38,346 bases of DNA from Eubacteriales bacterium (GCA_045586105.1 JAZMZS010000097.1:1-38346); one strand, 5' to 3'. Positions 1-12,203 are shown, counted from the stretch's first letter. Numbers and translations are program-made. The notes: generated from the sequence alone by a model not told the origin.

Positions 1-17
1 GATATACCGAGGAACAT

Positions 18-1874
18 ATGAAAAATGCTAATTGGCCTGACGTTTCATTTTTTCACAGAAGCGTCAGCTGTAATATATTCGATCATCTGGGAGCTCACAA
101 AAAAAACAACTCGATAGTTTTCCGCACCTGGGCTCCTCACGCCGACGAGGTATGGCTCGTCGGTGACTTCAACTCCTGGTCATGCTCTCACCCGATGAAG
201 AGGATAACAGAGGGCGGTGTGTGGGAATGCACGGCAGATCTCAGCGCGCTCAAGGATAAGCCGCTGTATAAATATAAGATCAGAAACGGAGACCGCATCC
301 TATTTAAAGCCGATCCGTTCGGCAGGATGATGCAGACGCCCCCCGACACTGCAACCGTATGGTATGATGCCGACGAGCCTTATTCGTGGACAGACAGCTG
401 GTGGATGCAGTCCGCAAGAGCCCGCTCAGGCGGAGATCTCTGCTCGGATCCCGTAAACATTTACGAGCTCCATGCAGGATCCTTCATGAGACATTCGGAC
501 GGTTCGTATATGAGCTACAGAGAGCTCGCTCCGATCCTCTGCTCATACATGAAGAGGATGAGCTATACACATGTGCTTTTGCTTCCGGTCGCAGAGCACC
601 ATCACGATGCATCGCTCGGATATGACGTGAGCGGCTTTTATTCGGTCACGTCCCGCTTCGGAGCTCCTGACGATCTGAAGTATTTTGTAAACACCCTTCA
701 CAATGCGGGGGTCGGTGTAATATTCGATCTCTCTATCTCCCATATTCCCTCAGACGAGCACGGCTGCTGCGAATTTGATGGGCAATGCCTGTATGAATGT
801 CCCGATCCTTCTCTGTGCGAGGGGAGACACCGATTTGACCTTTCAAGGATCGAGATCCGCTCGTTTCTGATATCAAATGCGTGTTATTATGCAAGAGATC
901 TTCATGCAGACGGCATACGCATATCGGGAGTGCGGAGAATGCTTTATCTCGACTATGGAAAAAGCCGCGGCGAGTGGAAGCCAAACCGCCACGGAGGTAA
1001 CGTCAGCTTCGAATCCGCGGCATTTATAAAGCAGCTGAACGGCTCGGTAAAGCGCCTTTATCCAAATGTAATAATGATCTCGGACGGATCCGGATCATCC
1101 GGCAGTACAGACTGCACGGATGAGGGGCTCGGCTTTGACCTTTTTATGAGCTCAGCACCTCTCAAAGCTCCGCTGTATCTTGTACAAAACGCCTCATCTG
1201 CCCGTTCACATGCCGTCATGACCGAAGCGGTAAGGGATGATATTCCCCGCCGTGTTCTTTCCCTGTCGCAAGCCTCGCTTTCTCTGTCTTCACGCTCGCT
1301 GATCGACAGAACAACAGGAGATTACGAAACGAGATTTGCACAGCTCAGGGCGTTTTTCACCTATTATATGACACTCCCGGGGAAAAAGCTCAGCTTCATG
1401 TCAAATGAATATGGGCAGTTTGCTCCGTGGAATCATGCGTCATCACTCGAATGGTTCATGCTCGACTTTGATATGCACAGAAGACTGCGCGATCTCAATG
1501 CCGACCTCGGAGAATTATATTTGTCCTGTCCTGCACTGTATAAGCATGGCGAAACGGCAAAAGCATGCATGGAGATCTGCTCTGACACATCGGATCACCG
1601 TTATTTAGCATACAGACGGGGCATCGGAGACGAGGGCGGTATTTACGTTATCATCAATCTCACCGATGATACCGTTTCCGTCAGATGCACAGAAATTCCC
1701 CTCGGAAGCTACCGCATCCTGTTATCTTCCGAGTACGAAAAATACAGCGGCAGGCGGAGCTCTTCGCTGACAGATGTGTTTATCAATTCAGTATATCCCA
1801 GGCTTGAGCTTCATCCCTTCGAGGCGCTTTTGCTCGAGCGGAGGGCAGATATCACGGATAATAAGAATAAATAG
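18..1874 (+). CDS. glgB: 1,4-alpha-glucan branching enzyme homologue (GlgB-like, GH13_9 with N-terminal CBM48); catalytic residues substituted, probably inactive
   Basis: Motifs HLGAH, FRTWAPHA, VWLVGDFNSW, KADPFG, NIYELHAGSF, MLYLDYG, PGKKLSFM; first gene before glgC. The catalytic motifs read RISGV, ISDGS and LSQAS instead of RVDAV, AEES and SHDE. Confidence 0.85.
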   Translation: MKNANWPDVSFFHRSVSCNIFDHLGAHKKNNSIVFRTWAPHADEVWLVGDFNSWSCSHPMKRITEGGVWECTADLSALKDKPLYKYKIRNGDRILFKADPFGRMMQTPPDTATVWYDADEPYSWTDSWWMQSARARSGGDLCSDPVNIYELHAGSFMRHSDGSYMSYRELAPILCSYMKRMSYTHVLLLPVAEHHHDASLGYDVSGFYSVTSRFGAPDDLKYFVNTLHNAGVGVIFDLSISHIPSDEHGCCEFDGQCLYECPDPSLCEGRHRFDLSRIEIRSFLISNACYYARDLHADGIRISGVRRMLYLDYGKSRGEWKPNRHGGNVSFESAAFIKQLNGSVKRLYPNVIMISDGSGSSGSTDCTDEGLGFDLFMSSAPLKAPLYLVQNASSARSHAVMTEAVRDDIPRRVLSLSQASLSLSSRSLIDRTTGDYETRFAQLRAFFTYYMTLPGKKLSFMSNEYGQFAPWNHASSLEWFMLDFDMHRRLRDLNADLGELYLSCPALYKHGETAKACMEICSDTSDHRYLAYRRGIGDEGGIYVIINLTDDTVSVRCTEIPLGSYRILLSSEYEKYSGRRSSSLTDVFINSVYPRLELHPFEALLLERRADITDNKNK

Positions 1875-1911
1875 ACAATAACATATATCACAAACGGAAA
1901 AGGAGAAAAAC

Positions 1912-3093
1912 ATGTTTAAGAAAAAAGAATGTGTCGCAATGCTTCTCGCAGGCGGTCAGGGCAGCCGTCTCTATGCGCTTACTCTCTCTACCGCAAAGCC
2001 CGCAGTTACCTTTGGGGGTAAGTACAGAATCATCGAATTCCCTCTCTCAAACTGCATCAATTCTCACATTGACACCGTTGGCGTACTTACCCAGTATCAG
2101 CCGCTCGTTCTCAACGAGTACGTAGGCAACGGTCAGCCGTGGGACCTTGACCGTACTTACGGCGGAGTAAAGATACTTCCTCCTTATCAAGGCAATAACA
2201 AGGCAGACTGGTATAAGGGTACCGCAAACGCAATCTATCAGAATATCAACTTTATCAAGAGATACGATCCCGAGTACGTGCTTATCCTGTCCGGCGACCA
2301 TATCTACAAGATGGATTACGCAAAGATGCTCAAAGCCCACAAAAAGAACAACGCCGACTGCACCATAGCGGTCCTTGAGGTCTCGCTTGAGGAAGCGTCC
2401 CGCTTTGGTATTCTGACGACCGACGAGAATAACAGGATCACCAAATTTACAGAAAAGCCAAAGAACCCCGACTCCACGAAGGCTTCGATGGGTATATACA
2501 TCTTCTCCGCAAAGAAGCTCTATAAGTACCTTGAAGAGGACGAGCTTGACCCGAACAGTGTAAATGACTTTGGAAAGAACATCATCCCCGCAATGCTCAA
2601 CGCGGGTGAAAAGATGTATTCGTATTCCTTCGAGGGATATTGGAAGGACGTCGGAACGCTCAAGAGCCTTTGGGAGGCTAACATGGATATGCTTGGTCAC
2701 GATCCTCACTTCTCTCTTCAGGACGAGAGCTGGAGGATATTCTCGAGAACGACCGTAAGTCCTCCTCAGTTCGTAGGTGCCGAAGCCAAGGTGGAGAATT
2801 CCATGATCACAAGCGGCTGCAGCATTTACGGTACCGTTATCAACAGCGTGCTCTCAAACGGCGTTACCGTTGAAGCGGGCGCTGTCGTGCGTGATTCGGT
2901 CATCATGGCAAACACAAAGATCTGCGCGGGCGCCAACGTGGAATATTCTATCATTGACTCAGACGTTGTGATAGGCAAGAACGCAAAGGTAGGTGCGCCA
3001 ATAGCTGACGATATAGATGTAGCTGTCATCGGCTCGGGTGTTGAAGTAAAAGATGACACCGTGATCAAAGCGGGTCAGATCATATCCAAGTAA
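1912..3093 (+). CDS. glgC: Glucose-1-phosphate adenylyltransferase, catalytic subunit
   Basis: [51 protein letters not shown]; C-terminal beta-helix; AAGGAG RBS. Confidence 0.97.
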   Translation: MFKKKECVAMLLAGGQGSRLYALTLSTAKPAVTFGGKYRIIEFPLSNCINSHIDTVGVLTQYQPLVLNEYVGNGQPWDLDRTYGGVKILPPYQGNNKADWYKGTANAIYQNINFIKRYDPEYVLILSGDHIYKMDYAKMLKAHKKNNADCTIAVLEVSLEEASRFGILTTDENNRITKFTEKPKNPDSTKASMGIYIFSAKKLYKYLEEDELDPNSVNDFGKNIIPAMLNAGEKMYSYSFEGYWKDVGTLKSLWEANMDMLGHDPHFSLQDESWRIFSRTTVSPPQFVGAEAKVENSMITSGCSIYGTVINSVLSNGVTVEAGAVVRDSVIMANTKICAGANVEYSIIDSDVVIGKNAKVGAPIADDIDVAVIGSGVEVKDDTVIKAGQIISK

Positions 3094-3114
3094 TCGAGTA
3101 AGGAGGAGACACAA

Positions 3115-4248
3115 ATGAACGCTTTCGGAATTATTTTCGCTAATATACACGACGACAATCTCCCCGAGATGACCATGAGAAGAACCATCGGCTCGGTTCC
3201 CTTCGGATGCAGATACCGTCTTATAGACTTCACTCTGTCAAACATGGTAAACTCCAACATCAGTAAAGTCGGAGTTATCACTCACTATAATTACCAGTCC
3301 CTTATGGACCATCTCGGAACAGGTAAGGACTGGGACCTTGCACGCAGAAGCGGCGGTATCAAGCTTCTGCCTCCGTATATCACGGCATACGACAACACCT
3401 CGGGGGACGGACTCGAGAATTCCCGTCTTCACTCTCTCAAGGGTATTCTCAACTTCATCACGCGCTCCACAGAGGAATATGCGGTGCTATCCGACTGTGA
3501 CGCTATCTGCAATATCAACCTGAACGAGGTCTTCGAGTACCATCACGAAAACGAATCAGACATTACCATTGTAGCAACGAAGACCATGCTTCAGCGCGAG
3601 GATGTAGGTAAGCAGATAATCATCGAGGCTGACAAGAACAATATCGTACACAACTTCCTCGAGCAGACCTCCGACCTCAACGGCGAGAGACTTGTTTCCA
3701 CTAACATAATTATTCTCAAGCGAGAGCTGCTCCAGTCCATGGTCCTTGAGGCACTTTCGCACAACCACCGCCACATATACAAGGATTCCTTCAAGAATTA
3801 TCTTCCTCACAAGAAGATAATGATCTACGAGCATAAGGGCTATTACGCTACCGTAAAGAGCATCGTGGATTATTATAAGACCAACATGGAGCTGCTCGAT
3901 CCGAAGACCAGAGACGATCTCTTCAACATCGAGCACAGAGCTATTTATACTAAGGTAAGAAACAGCACACCTACCAAGTACGAGGAAAATGCCGTGGTTG
4001 AAAACTCTCTTATCGCTGACGGATGCATTATCGAGGGTACGGTCAGAAATTCCATCCTCTTCAGAGGAGTCAAGGTCGGCAAGGGCACTGTCGTAGAGAA
4101 TTCGATCATGCTCCAGGACACCTACACCGGAGAGAACGTTTCACTCAACTGTGTAATTACAGACAAGAATGTCGTTATCAGGGACGGCAGAAGGCTCTCG
4201 GGACACGAGACTATGCCCTTCTATATCAATAAGGGAGCGATGATATGA
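3115..4248 (+). CDS. glgD: Glucose-1-phosphate adenylyltransferase regulatory subunit GlgD
   Basis: GlgC paralogue lacking the GGxGxRL loop; VPFGCRYRLIDFTLSNMVNS, DHLGTGKDWDLAR; follows glgC with an AGGAGG RBS. Confidence 0.95.
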   Translation: MNAFGIIFANIHDDNLPEMTMRRTIGSVPFGCRYRLIDFTLSNMVNSNISKVGVITHYNYQSLMDHLGTGKDWDLARRSGGIKLLPPYITAYDNTSGDGLENSRLHSLKGILNFITRSTEEYAVLSDCDAICNINLNEVFEYHHENESDITIVATKTMLQREDVGKQIIIEADKNNIVHNFLEQTSDLNGERLVSTNIIILKRELLQSMVLEALSHNHRHIYKDSFKNYLPHKKIMIYEHKGYYATVKSIVDYYKTNMELLDPKTRDDLFNIEHRAIYTKVRNSTPTKYEENAVVENSLIADGCIIEGTVRNSILFRGVKVGKGTVVENSIMLQDTYTGENVSLNCVITDKNVVIRDGRRLSGHETMPFYINKGAMI

Positions 4249-5687
4249 GAAAGATACTGTTCGTAGGCGCAGAGGCTATGCCCTTTGCCGCAACGGGTGG
4301 ACTGGGAGACGTAATGGGCTCCCTCCCCGCCGCACTTAAGGAAGAATACGGCGACGATATCGACGTACGTGTCGTTATGCCTCTCTACAAGGCCGTCCGT
4401 GACGAGTGGAGAATGCAGATGAGACAGGAATGCGTCACCTTCGTGGATCTCGCGTGGAGACACGAATACTGCGGTATAAAGAGCCTCGAGAAGGACGGAG
4501 TGACCTACTATTTCATAGACAACGAAAGATACTTCAAGCGTGACGGGCTCTACGGGCATTTTGATGACGGAGAGAGGTATGCATTTTTCTGCACCTGCGT
4601 GCTCGAAATGCTCAACCGCCTCGACTACTACCCCGACATTCTGCACGCAAACGACTGGCAGTCTGCTCTTTCTGTGATCTATCTTAAGAGAAGATACGGT
4701 CTTATGGACGGCTACAGAGATATAAAGACGGTATTCACCATCCATAATATTGAGTATCAGGGAAAGTACGATTTCTCTATTCTCGGAGACGTATTCGATA
4801 TTCACGAATCTCACAAGCCGATCGTCGAATGGGAGGGCTGTATCAACCTCATGAAGGGTGCGATCCAATGCGCCGACGTTATTTCCACAGTAAGTCCCAA
4901 GTATGCCGAGGAGATCAAGAGCCCCGAGTATTCACACGGGCTTGACAAGATACTCAACGAGAATTGGTACAAGCTCAAGGGGATCCTCAACGGCATAGAC
5001 TACGTTTACTACAATCCCGCAAAGGACACCGCGCTCAGAACGAAATTCTCAAAGAGGACAGTAGAGAAAAAGGCACAGTGCAAGGTCGATTTCCAGAAGG
5101 AAATGGCACTTCCTGAGAATCCCGATATCCCCATGTTCGCAATGATCACGAGACTTGCCTCTCACAAGGGGCTCGATATCGTGTGTGATATGATATACGG
5201 GCTTCTCGAGCAGGATATTCAGTTTGTGGTACTCGGCACGGGTGAAGCGAAATACGAAGGCTTCCTGCGTGAGCTCGAGTACAGATTCCCCGACAAAGTA
5301 CGCTCTATCATCAAATACGACCGCGACCTTTCAAAGAGGATATATGCGGCAGCTGATGTATTCCTCATGCCCTCCAAAAGCGAGCCATGCGGACTCTCGC
5401 AGATGATCGCGTCCCGCTACGGCGCTATTCCCGTAACGAGAGAAACGGGCGGTCTTTACGATTCCATCAAGCATTATTATATTGACGAAAAGGGCAAAAT
5501 GCACGGTAATGGCTTTACCTTTGCAAATTACGGAGCAACAGAGCTCTATGACTGCGCTATGAAGGCGTATAACATCTGCAAGGATAAAGATAATTATATA
5601 AAGCTCGTACAAAGGATCATGGGAACTGACTTCTCCTGGTCAAAGTCTGCAAAGGAATATATGCAGATGTACGACGAGCTGAACTAA
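4245..5687 (+). CDS. glgA: Glycogen synthase (GT5)
   Basis: TGGLGDV, HANDWQ, FTIHNIEYQG, ITRLASHKG, MPSKSEPCGLSQM, TGGLYD; ATGA overlap with the glgD stop. Confidence 0.97.
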   Translation: MRKILFVGAEAMPFAATGGLGDVMGSLPAALKEEYGDDIDVRVVMPLYKAVRDEWRMQMRQECVTFVDLAWRHEYCGIKSLEKDGVTYYFIDNERYFKRDGLYGHFDDGERYAFFCTCVLEMLNRLDYYPDILHANDWQSALSVIYLKRRYGLMDGYRDIKTVFTIHNIEYQGKYDFSILGDVFDIHESHKPIVEWEGCINLMKGAIQCADVISTVSPKYAEEIKSPEYSHGLDKILNENWYKLKGILNGIDYVYYNPAKDTALRTKFSKRTVEKKAQCKVDFQKEMALPENPDIPMFAMITRLASHKGLDIVCDMIYGLLEQDIQFVVLGTGEAKYEGFLRELEYRFPDKVRSIIKYDRDLSKRIYAAADVFLMPSKSEPCGLSQMIASRYGAIPVTRETGGLYDSIKHYYIDEKGKMHGNGFTFANYGATELYDCAMKAYNICKDKDNYIKLVQRIMGTDFSWSKSAKEYMQMYDELN

Positions 5688-5725
5688 TATAAGGTCAAGG
5701 ACACACAAGGAAGGATTTTAACACA

Positions 5726-8149
5726 ATGGCAAAGACACAGAAGGAAATCAAAGAACTTCTCGAAACCAAGCTGTCGAGAAACTTCGGCTGCTCAAGTGCC
5801 GATGCTTCGGCTGAGCAGATGTACAAGGCAAGCGCACTTACTATCAGAGATATGTTGGCGCAGAAGAGAAACGATTTCAAAAAGGAAGTCAACAGAGAAG
5901 GAGAAAAGCGCGTTTACTACATGTGCATGGAGTTCCTCATGGGACGCTCTCTCAAGACCAATCTCCATAACCTCGGACTTGAAAAGGCGTACAAGGCGGC
6001 TCTGAAGAGCATGGGCTTTGATCTTGAGGATCTTTATGAGCTCGAGCCCGATGCAGGACTCGGAAACGGCGGTCTTGGCAGACTTGCGGCTTGCTTTATG
6101 GATTCTCTCTCATCACTTGATTACCCCGCTACAGGATTCTCTATCTGCTATGAATACGGACTTTTCAAGCAGAAGATCATAGACGGCATGCAGGTCGAAA
6201 TGCCTGATGTATGGCTCCCCGGAGGCGAGGTATGGCTCGTTCCGAGAACCGACAGGATCTACCACGTCAAGATCGGCGGAAGGATCAAGGAGATCTGGGA
6301 GGACGGCAGATGCCACATCGAGTACGTAGACTGTGACGAGATTGAGGCTGTTCCCTACGATATGATGGTATCGGGTGCCGACTCTAAGGCTGTAAACCAG
6401 CTCAGACTCTGGAAGGCAAGAAACATCAACAACTTCAACATGAATCTTTTCAGCCAGGGTGAGTACGCAAGAGCGATCAAGGACAGCACCAATGCCGAGA
6501 TAATATCCAAGGTTCTCTACCCCTCAGACAACCATTACGAAGGAAAGCTGCTCAGACTTACCCAGCAGTACTTCCTTGTTTCCGCATCGGTTCAGAGCAT
6601 TCTGCGCGACCATATGGCGGTTTACGGAACTCTTGACAATCTCGAAGAGAAGGTAGCTATCCATATAAACGACACACATCCCGCACTCTGCATTCCGGAG
6701 CTTATGAGAATACTCATAGACGATCATTGCTACGATTGGGATACTGCCTGGGGTAAGGTCTGCAAGATAGTTTCTTACACCAACCACACCGTCCTTCCCG
6801 AGGCTCTCGAGACCTGGAACGAGGACCTATTCAAGCTCAAGCTCCCGAGGATCTACTCTATCGTCAAGGAGATCAACGAAAGATTCTGCAACGAGGCATG
6901 GCAGAAGTTCCCCTCCAACTGGGATAAGATCTCGGCAATGTCGGTCATTGCCCACAATCAGATACGCATGGCAAACCTCAGCGTTATTGCTTCTCATACC
7001 ATCAACGGCGTTTCCAAGCTCCACTCGGATATTCTTGTAGATACAGTATTCAAGGATTTCTACAAGATGTATCCCGACCGCTTCACCAACGTAACGAACG
7101 GTATCGCACACCGCCGCTGGCTCTGCTACTCCAATCCCAAGCTTGCCAAGCTCATTGAAGAGCTTATTGGCAAGGGCTACAGAAAGGATCCCGAGCAGCT
7201 CGACGATCTGAGAAAGTTTGCAGACGACTCTGAGGTCCTCGACAGACTTGCCAAGATCAAGCTCGACAACAAAAAGGCATTTGCAGAAAAGCTCTACAAG
7301 AAGCAGGGCGCGGTTATCGACCCCAATTCTCTCTTTGATGTTCAGATCAAGAGACTTCACGAGTACAAGAGACAGCTTCTCAACACTCTTAACATCATTG
7401 CTCTTTACGTCGAGCTCAAGGAGGATCCGAACCTCGATATACAGCCACAGACCTTCCTCTTCGGTGCGAAGGCTGCGCCCGGATACTATATGGCTAAAGA
7501 TATAATCAAGCTTATCTGCTATATCCAGAAGGATATCGAGAAGAATCCGAAGATCAAGGAGAAGCTCAATGTCGTATTTCTCGAGGACTACAACGTCAGC
7601 CTCGCCGAAGCTCTTGTGCCCGCAGCCGAGGTATCCGAGCAGATCTCTCTTGCAGGTAAAGAAGCAAGCGGTACAGGCTGCATGAAGCTTATGATGAACG
7701 GTGCACTTACGCTCGGCACCTATGACGGTGCAAACGTCGAGATGGTTGCCGCAACAGGGCATGACAATATGTTCATATTCGGCATGGAATGCGACGAGGT
7801 TGAGGATCTCTGGAAGAAGGGCTATAACGCTTACGATCATTATGCCAACAACCCGAGAGCACGCAAGGCGGTAGACTACCTCAACATAGGCTTTGCTGGT
7901 CAATCGTTCTCGAACATCGGCAATTACCTGCTCAATTCTCAGTACGGTGTCGCAGACCCGTATATGTGCCTTGCTGACTTTGATTCATACACGCAGGCGC
8001 GTGAGAAGCTTCTCGCCGCATACGCAAAGAAGGAAGAGTGGAACAGGATGTCGCTTATCAACATTGCGGCTTCCGGCTTCTTTGCCGCTGACAGAAGCAT
8101 CAACGAATATGCTCAGCGCATCTGGGGACTTAAGCGTCTCGATAAATGA
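5726..8149 (+). CDS. glgP: Glycogen/alpha-glucan phosphorylase (GT35)
   Basis: DAGLGNGGLGRLAACF, INDTHP, YTNHT, NGIAHRRW, KRLHEYKRQ, PLP-lysine motif EASGTGCMK. Confidence 0.97.
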   Translation: MAKTQKEIKELLETKLSRNFGCSSADASAEQMYKASALTIRDMLAQKRNDFKKEVNREGEKRVYYMCMEFLMGRSLKTNLHNLGLEKAYKAALKSMGFDLEDLYELEPDAGLGNGGLGRLAACFMDSLSSLDYPATGFSICYEYGLFKQKIIDGMQVEMPDVWLPGGEVWLVPRTDRIYHVKIGGRIKEIWEDGRCHIEYVDCDEIEAVPYDMMVSGADSKAVNQLRLWKARNINNFNMNLFSQGEYARAIKDSTNAEIISKVLYPSDNHYEGKLLRLTQQYFLVSASVQSILRDHMAVYGTLDNLEEKVAIHINDTHPALCIPELMRILIDDHCYDWDTAWGKVCKIVSYTNHTVLPEALETWNEDLFKLKLPRIYSIVKEINERFCNEAWQKFPSNWDKISAMSVIAHNQIRMANLSVIASHTINGVSKLHSDILVDTVFKDFYKMYPDRFTNVTNGIAHRRWLCYSNPKLAKLIEELIGKGYRKDPEQLDDLRKFADDSEVLDRLAKIKLDNKKAFAEKLYKKQGAVIDPNSLFDVQIKRLHEYKRQLLNTLNIIALYVELKEDPNLDIQPQTFLFGAKAAPGYYMAKDIIKLICYIQKDIEKNPKIKEKLNVVFLEDYNVSLAEALVPAAEVSEQISLAGKEASGTGCMKLMMNGALTLGTYDGANVEMVAATGHDNMFIFGMECDEVEDLWKKGYNAYDHYANNPRARKAVDYLNIGFAGQSFSNIGNYLLNSQYGVADPYMCLADFDSYTQAREKLLAAYAKKEEWNRMSLINIAASGFFAADRSINEYAQRIWGLKRLDK

Positions 8150-8163
8150 TCAATAATTCAAAG

Positions 8164-8204
8164 CAGAAATCAAGGGTGCCCCACACTCTTGAATTTCTGT
8201 TTTT
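8164..8204 (+). terminator. Probable intrinsic terminator after glgP
   Basis: Imperfect stem CAGAAATCAAGGGTG...CACTCTTGAATTTCTG followed by TTTTT. Confidence 0.65.
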
Positions 8205-8225
8205 ATAGAGATAGTACGGATATTT

Positions 8226-10133
8226 ATGGAAAACTTTATCTGCGCCGATCTTTGCGGCGGAATATGCCGCAGCATAAGGATCAAAAAAAATATAAACGGA
8301 CGTGACGTTTCGGCACTAAACGCATTCAGTGCCGAGAGCCGGGTTACGTTTTCTCTCTGTGCTCCGAGAAGAGCAGGCGTGACATACGTCAGCATGCTTA
8401 TCGCAAGAGACGGAGAGCAACAAATCGAATACAAAATGCCCTTGGTCTCAGATTATGCAAAGGATGATGAGTACTCTATCACTCTCGATCTTGGCGAGCT
8501 GTGCGGTGCAGAGGGCTCGGGACTGTTCTATTACAAGATACGCATATGCACGGGAAATGACGTGTTTTTTACAAACAGCGTAAACAATGTTGATTTTACG
8601 CTCACGAGAGCCGAGCACGCTTCCTTCCGAATGCTCGTCCACTCTCCCGAGTTCAGCACGCCCGACTGGGCATATTCCTCTACTATGTATCACGTTTTCG
8701 TGGACAGATTTTTCAAGGGAAGCCGAGAGGTTCCTCTTCGCGAGGATGCAGAGCTCAACGATAACTGGGAAAACGGAATACCGCAGTATGCCCCCTACCC
8801 CGGTGCGCATCTCGAAAACAACGAATTTTTCGGCGGTACTCTTTGGGGTATATGCGAAAAGCTCGATTATCTTGAGCAGCTCGGAATAAACACGATATAT
8901 CTCTCACCGATATTCAAGGCATATTCCAACCACAAATACGATACCGGGGATTATCTTGAGGTCGACGAGATGTTCGGAGGAGAAGAAGCATTCGGCCATC
9001 TTATCGAAGAAACGAAAAAGCGCTCGATGAAGGTCATTCTCGACGGTGTATTCAATCATACCGGTGATAACAGCCGTTATTTTGATAAATACAGAAAATA
9101 CGGCAAAACGGGAGCATACGTGAACCGTGACTCGGAATACCGCGGATGGTTCTGTTTCCATCCCGATAACACCTATGAATCATGGTGGGGGATCACGATA
9201 CTTCCCAAGCTCAATCATCAGAACGAAAAATGCCGCCGCTTCTTCACAGGCAATGGCGGTGTTATCGAGAAGTATATAAAGGAAGGGATCGGAGGCTGGC
9301 GTCTTGATGTTGCAGACGAGCTTTCGGATGAATTTCTTGATGAGCTGAGAGAAACTGCAAAAACCACAGACAGCGAAGCGATCATCATAGGCGAGGTCTG
9401 GGAAAACGCCGCAGATAAGATCGCATATGCAAAGCGCCGCAGGTATTTCAGAGGAAAGCAGCTTGACAGCGTGATGAACTACCCTTTCAAGAACGCTCTG
9501 ATAGAATATATAAATTCGGGCGAATCCGATATACTCTACAACGAGCTTGTGGATATATATTCTTCTTATCCCGCATGCGTGAGCAATGTGCTGATGAACC
9601 TGCTCGGTACTCATGATACCGAAAGAATACTGACCGTACTTTCGGATGATGACCCAATGGGTAAGTCCATAGATGATATTGCCCGCTCAAGGCTCACTCC
9701 CGAGCAAAAGAAAAAAGCTGTACAAAAGCTAAAGGTCGCAAGCACGCTCCAATACACCGTCTACGGCTTCCCGTCCGTGTTCTACGGCGACGAAGCCGGA
9801 ATTGAAGGCTACGGTGATCCCTTCTGCAGAAAGCCCTTCCCGTGGCACGATATCAACGACGAGCTCCTCGCTCATTACAGAGCACTCGGTAGGATACGGC
9901 ACGAGAATCCTGCCTTTGCGGGAGGTGAGTTTGCAGTAACGCTGCATAACGGCGCGCTTCTCTCCTACACTCGCCGCAAAGATGATAATGAAATACTCGT
10001 ATATTCAAACGCAGGTGAAACAGCACGCATCATTCACCTTGACGGAACGTATACCGATCTTTTGACAGGTAAGACGCATTCAAAGGAAACGGCACTGCAG
10101 CCAATGTCTGCAATGATTCTGAAAAGACAATAG
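8226..10133 (+). CDS. GH13 neopullulanase/cyclomaltodextrinase/amylopullulanase-type glycoside hydrolase (likely glycogen catabolism)
   Basis: YHVFVDRF, SNHKYDT, LDGVFNH; intact triad GWRLDVADE / IGEVWE / LGTHDT; FYGDEAG, DPFCR. Confidence 0.9.
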   Translation: MENFICADLCGGICRSIRIKKNINGRDVSALNAFSAESRVTFSLCAPRRAGVTYVSMLIARDGEQQIEYKMPLVSDYAKDDEYSITLDLGELCGAEGSGLFYYKIRICTGNDVFFTNSVNNVDFTLTRAEHASFRMLVHSPEFSTPDWAYSSTMYHVFVDRFFKGSREVPLREDAELNDNWENGIPQYAPYPGAHLENNEFFGGTLWGICEKLDYLEQLGINTIYLSPIFKAYSNHKYDTGDYLEVDEMFGGEEAFGHLIEETKKRSMKVILDGVFNHTGDNSRYFDKYRKYGKTGAYVNRDSEYRGWFCFHPDNTYESWWGITILPKLNHQNEKCRRFFTGNGGVIEKYIKEGIGGWRLDVADELSDEFLDELRETAKTTDSEAIIIGEVWENAADKIAYAKRRRYFRGKQLDSVMNYPFKNALIEYINSGESDILYNELVDIYSSYPACVSNVLMNLLGTHDTERILTVLSDDDPMGKSIDDIARSRLTPEQKKKAVQKLKVASTLQYTVYGFPSVFYGDEAGIEGYGDPFCRKPFPWHDINDELLAHYRALGRIRHENPAFAGGEFAVTLHNGALLSYTRRKDDNEILVYSNAGETARIIHLDGTYTDLLTGKTHSKETALQPMSAMILKRQ

Positions 10134-10135
10134 AG

Positions 10136-10177
10136 AAAAAGCACCCGGAAGCATATGCTTCCGGGTGCCGTTTTTTT
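10136..10177. terminator. Bidirectional intrinsic terminator between the GH13 gene and groEL
   Basis: Perfect 28-bp palindrome GCACCCGGAAGCATATGCTTCCGGGTGC (10141-10168), flanked by A5 and T7, between convergent genes. Confidence 0.85.
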
Positions 10178-10186
10178 AGATTCGGA

Positions 10187-12123
<1,937 letters not shown>

Positions 12124-12165
12124 GTTCTTTCGCCTCCTATTTAATTTATCAATTATTGTTGATTT

Positions 12166-12192
12166 TTAGCACTCTATTGTTTTAAGTGCTAA
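12166..12192. promoter_or_regulatory. CIRCE element (HrcA operator) of groESL
   Basis: TTAGCACTC-N9-AAGTGCTAA, one mismatch to the consensus TTAGCACTC-N9-GAGTGCTAA, between the promoter and groES. Confidence 0.93.
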
Positions 12193-12203
12193 TTACAAGG
12201 ATA

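Noticed and set aside
3115-4248. GlgD lacking catalytic motifs
   Set aside because: Expected for GlgD, a known non-catalytic subunit in Firmicutes.
6827-7903. 358-aa antisense ORF inside glgP (similar ones at 2047-2709 and 4221-4868)
   Set aside because: Shadow ORFs opposite well-conserved genes, with no recognisable motif; explained by codon bias on the sense strand.
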